A stretch of 64,000 bases of DNA from an uncultured Chloroflexia bacterium (GTDB lineage: Bacteria > Chloroflexota > Limnocylindria > Limnocylindrales > CSP1-4). The position numbers were made by a program, and so were the translations under genes. Location of the stretch: NCBI GenBank assembly GCA_963843335.1, contig CAWJKF010000008.1, positions 144,500 to 208,499 on the forward strand, read 5' to 3'. This document shows, in pieces, positions 58,708-64,000 of the stretch (position 1 is its first letter; every line of letters begins with the position of its first letter). The notes beneath the pieces are model-generated. The model ran no database searches, was not told the origin of the DNA, and saw nothing but the letters and a program-made list of their open reading frames with translations.

Positions 58708-59586
58708 CTATGGAGCCGTGCTCGCCGCGGGTGCCGGCACGGAGCCGTCAGCGGTGGCCACGAACCAGACATCACCGATGCCCTGGCCGTTGGTCTGACC
58801 GCCGGCCGAGTCGCCGATGAAGTAGTAGACGGGTCGTCCGTCATAGGCCACCTGCATCGTGCCGTCGGAGCGGGCGAACGTGGACAGCACGCCCGTCACG
58901 CCATCGCCGGCGGCCAGGGTCTCGTCAGCCTCCAGCGTGAAGGCCGGCCAGTTGGCGAGGCAGTCAGCCTCGCAGACGCTGGCTCCGGGAGCCGTGTCCT
59001 TGGGGAAGATAGTACAGGGTCTTGCCATCCTCGCCGGTGAGGAAGGTGCCCAGGTCGCTGGTCGCCGTGGCGACGGTGTAGACGGTCCCCGCGGCAGCAG
59101 GGGATCCGGAGGGAGCCGGCGCGGCCGGCACGGAGCCGTCGACCGCGGCCACGAACCAGACACCGCCCTTGCCCTGGCCATTGACGTCAGCGGCGGCCTT
59201 GTCGCCCGCGAAGTAGTACAGCGGCCGGCCGTCGTACGCGACCTGCATCGTGCCGTCGGAGCGCGCGAACGTGCCCACGACACCGGTCACGCCTTCGCCT
59301 GCGGCGAGGGTCTCGCCCGCATCGAGTGTGAACGCCGGCCAGTTGGTCGGGCAGTCGCTCATCGCAGACGCTCTTGCCCGGCGCGGCGTCCTTGGTGAAG
59401 TAGTAGAGGGTCTTGCCGTCCTCGCCGGTGAGGAAGGTGCCCAGGTCGGTCGTCGTCGCGGTGAGGGTGTACGCCCCGCCCGCCGCGGCGGGTGACGCGG
59501 ACTGCGCCACGGGCGAGCGCGCTGGCGACGGCCCGGTACCCGAGCGACGAGCGCGCCGACGGTGAGCGCGAGACCCATGGTGCGCA
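58708..59586 (-). pseudogene. secreted/lipoprotein with tandem COG4315-type repeats (PF03640-like); at least 3 frame breaks (~59520, ~59355, ~59012)
   Basis: Two near-identical units: DLGTFLTGEDGKTLYYF.KD.APG.SVC..DC..NWPAFTL...GVTG..TFARSDGTMQVAYDGRP.YYF.GD...NGQG.G.VWFV. They are spread over three frames. Confidence 0.7.
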
Positions 59587-59741
59587 TACGGCCTGCGCGC
59601 AGCTGGTGGATGGTGGATGACACGGCTGTCCGTCCCTCCTGACTGGCCATGCCGGCGAACATCGCTGCCGGGTCGGTCCCTGGGGCGTGATACGTCATCC
59701 GGTGCCCCGCCGGTTTCCTGGCCGGCTACACTCGACCCTCG

Positions 59742-62700
59742 ATGACCGCACCTCCGACCCGGACGCGCGCCGCGTCCAGCGCACCGCCCGGCTGCCCGGA
59801 CCTGCTCCGGGAACGGATCCTCATCCTGGATGGCGCCATGGGCACCATGATCCAGACCCATCAGCTGGACGAGGCCGCGTTCCGCGGGGAGCGCTTCCGC
59901 GACCACCCGTCCGACCTGCGGGGCGCCAACGACCTGCTCGTGCTCACGCGGCCGGATGTCATCGAGGCCATCCACGCCGACTATCTCGACGCGGGTGCCG
60001 ACATCATCTCCACCAACACCTTCAACGCCAACGCCGTGTCCATGGCCGACTACGGCCTGGAGGCCTCACCGGCGAGATGAACCTCGTCGCGGCCCAGATC
60101 GCGCGACGTGCCGCGGACGCGGCAGAGGCGCGCGACCCCGGCAGACCGCGGTTCGTGGCGGGTGCCCTTGGACCCACGACGCGCACGGCTTCGCTGTCAC
60201 CGGACGTGAACGACCCGGGGGCGCGCAGCGTCACCTGGGACCAGCTCGTCGACGCCTACCGCATCGCCGGCCGGGGCCTGGTCCAGGGCGGTGCGGACAT
60301 GCTGCTCATCGAGACCATCTTCGACACCCTCAATGCCAAGGCGGCCATCTTCGCGGTGGAGAGCGCTGTTCGACGAGCTGGGCTACCGCGTCCCGGTGAT
60401 CGATCAGCGGCACCATCACGGACGCCTCCGGCCGGACGCTCTCGGGCCAGACGGTGGAGGCCTTCTGGGCGAGCGTCCGGCACGCCCGACCACTGAGCAT
60501 CGGCCTCAACTGCGCGCTCGGCGCGAAGCAGCTGCGGCCGTATCTCCAGGAGCTGTCGGGCATCGCGGACGTGTTCGTGTCGGGCTATCCCAACGCGGGC
60601 CTGCCCAACGCGTTCGGGGGCTACGACGAGCAGCCACCCGAGACCGCCGGCGTCCTGCAGCCAGCTCATGGACAGCCGCTCGCTCAACTTCGTGGGCGGC
60701 TGCTGCGGCACGACGCCCGACCACATCCGGGCCATCGCGGCGGCCGCCGCCGGCCGTGCGCCTCGCGAGGTGCCCACGCCAGCCCCGTGCACGCGCCTGT
60801 CGGGCCTGGAGCCGCTGACCATCACGCCCGAGTCGCTGTTCGTCAACGTCGGGGAGCGGACCAACGTCACCGGCTCCCGGCGCTTCGCGAAGCTCATCAC
60901 CGACGGCCGATACGAGCACCGCGGTCGAGGTCGCCCGGCAGCAGGTCGACAACGGCGCCCAGGTCATCGACATCAACATGGACGAGGCGCTGCTCGACTC
61001 CGAGGCGGCCATGGCCCGCTTCCTCAACCTCATCGGCGCGGAGCCGGACATCAGCCGCGTGCCGGTCATGATCGACTCCTCGAAGTGGTCGGTCATCGAG
61101 GCGGGGCTCAAGTGCGTCCAGGGTCGGTCGATCGTCAACTCCCTGTCGCTCAAGGAGGGCGAGACCGAGTTCCTGCGCCAGGCGCGGCTCGCGCGCCGGT
61201 ATGGCGCCGCTGTCGTGGTCATGGCCTTCGACGAGAACGGCCAGGCAGAGACGGTCGAGCAGCGGGTCGCCATCGCCCACCGCGTGCACCGCCTGCTCAC
61301 GGAGCAGGTCGGCTTCGAGCCCGAGGACATCATCCTCGACCCCAACATCTTCGCCATCGGCACCGGCATCGAGCAGCACAACGGCTACGCCGTCGCCTAC
61401 ATCGAGGCGACCCGGCGCATCAAGGCGGAGCTGCCGGGCGTGCTCATCAGCGGTGGCGTGTCCGAACGTCTCGTTCTCGTTCCGGGGCAATGACCCGGTG
61501 CGCGAGGCCATCCACGCCGTCTTCCTGGTCCATGCCGTCGCGGCGGGCATGGACATGGGCATCGTCAATGCCGGGGCGTTGCCGGTCGTCGACGACCTGG
61601 ACGCCGGACCTGCGGGAGCGGGTCGAGGACCTGGTCCTCGACCGGCGGCCGGATGCCACGGAGCGGATGCTCGAGGTCGCCGACACCATCCGGGAGAAGG
61701 TCGCCACCGGCACGGGCCGGGACCTGGCCTGGCGCGAAGGGACCGTCGAGGAGCGGCTGCGCCACGCGCTCGTGGAGGGCATCGGCGACTACGTCGTCGC
61801 GGACACGGAGGAGGCACGGCTCGCGGCGGCGCGTCCCATCGAGGTCATCGAGGGACCGCTCATGGCGGGCATGAACGTCGTCGGTGACCTGTTCGGGGCG
61901 GGCCGGATGTTCCTGCCCCAGGTCGTCAAGAGCGCCCGGGTCATGAAGCAGGCGGTCGCGCACCTCATCCCCTACATCGAGGCGGAGCGCACGGCGCGGC
62001 ATCGCGGCCAGCGGCGGCATCGACACCGAGGGTGAGCGCCAGACCGCCGGCCGGATCGTCATGGCCACGGTCAAGGGCGATGTCCACGACATCGGCAAGA
62101 ACATCGTGGGCGTCGTCCTCGGCTGCAACGACTACGAGGTCATCGACCTGGGGGTCATGGTGCCCTGGACCGCGCATCCTCGAGACCGCGAAGGAGCTCG
62201 ACGCCGACCTCATCGGCCTGTCCGGGCTCATCACGCCGTCGCTGGAGGAGATGCGCACGGTCGCCACGGAGATGGAGCGCGCCGGCTTCCAGGTGCCGCT
62301 GCTCATCGGTGGCGCGACCACCTCGCGTGCCCATACCGCGGTGCGCATCGAGCCCGCCTACAGCGGCCCCGTGGTCCATGTCATCGATGCCTCACGCGCG
62401 GTCGGCGTCGCGCGGGCGCTGCTCGACCCGGCGCAGCACGATGAGTTCATGCGCCGGACCCGCGCCGAGTACGCCACGGTCCGGACCGCTCACGAGGGGC
62501 GCGACCACAAGGAGCAGCGGCTGAGCCTGGCACAGGCAAGAGAGCTGCGGCTGCGCATCGACTGGGACGTCGGTGGAGCCACCGGTGCCCACCTTCCTGG
62601 GCCCCCGGACGATCCTCGCGCAGCCCCTCGACGCGCTGGTGGAGCGCATCGACTGGAGCCCGTTCTTCACGACCTGGGAGCTGGCCGGCCAGTACCCGCG

Positions 62701-63512
62701 GATCCTGTCCGACCCGACGGTCGGCACGGCGGCGACCGAGCTGTTCCGCGACGCCCAGCGTGCTGCTCGACCGCATCGTCTCGGAGCGGCTGCTGCAGGC
62801 CAACGCGGTGGTCGGCTTCTGGCCAGCCGGGTCGACGCCGGACGATGACATCGAGGTCTACGCGGACGCGACGCGTTCCACGGTCGTGGCGCGATTGCAT
62901 ACCCTGCGTCAGCAGATGGCCAAGAGCAACGGCCGGCCGGACGTGGCGCTCGCGGACTACACGGCGCCCGTCGGCTCGGGTGTCGCGGACCACATCGGGT
63001 TGTTCGCGGTGACCGCCGGTGTCGGTCTCGAGGAGCTGCGAGCCCGGTTCATCGCCGACCACGACGACTACGGCTCGATCATGGCGGCGGCGCTCGCCGA
63101 CCGGCTCGCGGAAGCGTTCGCGGAGCTGCTCCACGAGCAGGTGCGACGGGGGCTGTGGGGGTACGCGCCGGACGAGGCGCTCGACAACGCGGCGCTCATC
63201 GCCGAGCGCTACCAGGGCATCCGACCGGCCCCGGGCTACCCGTCGTGCCCCGACCATACGGAGAAGCGGACCATCTTCGCGCTGCTGGACGCGGAACGGA
63301 CGGCCGGCATCACGCTCACGGAATCGATGGCGATGCTCCCGGGTGCCTCGGTGAGCGGCTACTACTTCTGGCATCCCGAGGCGCGCTACTTCGGGCTCGG
63401 CCGCATCGACCGTGACCAACTCGAGGACTATGCCCGACGCAAGGGCTGGTCGGTCGAGGAGGCCGAGCGCTGGCTGGCGCCGAACCTGCTCAGTGGCGTC
63501 ATGGGCGGCTGA
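59742..63512 (+). pseudogene. metH: cobalamin-dependent methionine synthase, readable only through 11 frame changes
   Basis: Hcy domain ([79 protein letters not shown]). Pterin domain ([49 protein letters not shown]). B12 domain ([41 protein letters not shown]). AdoMet domain (RPAPGYPSCPDHTEK, ESMAMLPGASVSGYYF). The segments lie in 12 consecutive frame blocks. Confidence 0.9.
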
Positions 63513-64000
63513 CCGGCACGCAGATGCCGACGGGCTCGCTCGCAGTGCCCGTGGCGTGGCGCCAGCTGTTGGCGGTGCCCGCCGTGCCCGAGCCGGACGA
63601 CGCGTCGACGCAGTCGATGACCGAGCTCCGGGTCGCCCGAAGGTGGTCGATGCGGACGTGGCGTGCCCCCGGACCGAGGCGGATGCCGGTGACGCTCCGG
63701 TCGGTGTCGTCGCCAACGAGGCGTGCCCCCGTGAGCTCGTCGAGGAAGATGCCGTCACCGTAGCGTGCGCCGGACGAGGGTGTTGAGGATCGACACCCGG
63801 TCCGATCGGATGACCCGGATGCCGTAGCGCCAGGTGCGGGTCACCACGCTGTCGCCGCGGATGGTCACCGGACCGCTGGCGTCGGCGATGTCGATGCCCG
63901 CCCAGAGCAGCGACGGCAGCTCGTCCGGGTCCGTGGGCACCCTCGTGAACACCGTCACCGTCCGGAGGCGGGCTCCGGCGACGCCGTCGAGGACGATGCC
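63499..64000 (-). pseudogene. parallel beta-helix repeat protein, C-terminal part (5' end off-window); frame break at ~63763
   Basis: GIVLDGVAGARLRTVTVF...IRGDSVVTRTWRYGIRVIRSDRVSILNTLVRRT, then YGDGIFLDELTGARLVGDDTDRSVTGIRLGPGARHVRIDH continues in another frame. Its stop overlaps the metH 3' end by ~14 bp. Confidence 0.35.

Noticed and set aside
59590-59741. Possible SAM or cobalamin riboswitch in the metH leader (contains GGTGCCCCG and CTGGCCGGC, reminiscent of SAM-IV pieces)
   Set aside because: The elements are in the wrong order relative to the SAM-IV consensus as I remember it, and I could not build the expected helices by hand. This needs an Rfam or Infernal scan before any claim.
59742-63512. 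Programmed ribosomal frameshifting or inteins as the explanation for the broken metH
   Set aside because: The junctions I inspected show no slippery heptamers, no consistent direction and no extra inserted sequence. Simple single-base indels explain those junctions.

Overview
A very G+C-rich, gene-dense chromosomal segment. Gene content, GGAGG-type ribosome-binding sites (RBS) and GTGA/ATGA start-stop overlaps suggest Actinomycetota; this is inference only. I support about 70 coding regions.

Recognisable genes:
- Housekeeping: asnS, proC, rpiB, metH, a 7Fe-type ferredoxin and a YbaK-like deacylase.
- Transport: a 4-gene PotABCD-like ABC importer, an ABC-2 exporter pair and an MFS transporter.
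- Enzymes: SDR, acyl-CoA synthetase, GNAT, VOC, two SAM methyltransferases, amidase, GH130, glutaminyl cyclase, an ATP-dependent DNA ligase and a Cho/UvrC-like GIY-YIG nuclease.
- Many secreted or repeat-domain proteins: two cupredoxins, a CSLREA beta-helix protein, a CAP-domain protein, a 4x META protein, a COG4315-repeat protein and an esterase with a variable-number tandem repeat (VNTR).

Accessory and decayed left third (0-20 kb):
- A complete IS481-family element and a complete IS630-family element, both inserted at CTAG sites with the expected target duplications.
- Remnants of a K+ channel, a CAX antiporter, a PD40-like protein, a DUF3072 gene and a tRNA-Gly.
- Several paralog pairs: a PH-like 108-aa protein, DUF3072, DUF72, a PAS protein, and a secreted domain with an H-x-G-x-C motif.

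The most striking sequence-level property is about 30 single-base reading-frame breaks with very uneven density. There are 11 in metH alone and about 17 between 57 and 64 kb, but none in the 4.2-kb pot operon. Conserved motifs stay intact between breaks and I saw no internal stops in the segments I read. That pattern looks more like indel error in the assembly than old pseudogenes, but I cannot decide this from the sequence.

I found no rRNA, no intact tRNA, no CRISPR array and no recognisable defence or secondary-metabolite system. The candidates for something new are modest: duplicated small-protein modules, uncharacterised secreted domains, and a possible periplasmic-binding-protein (PBP) plus Zn-ribbon methyltransferase module.

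All coordinates of frame breaks are hand estimates, good to about +/-10 nt.
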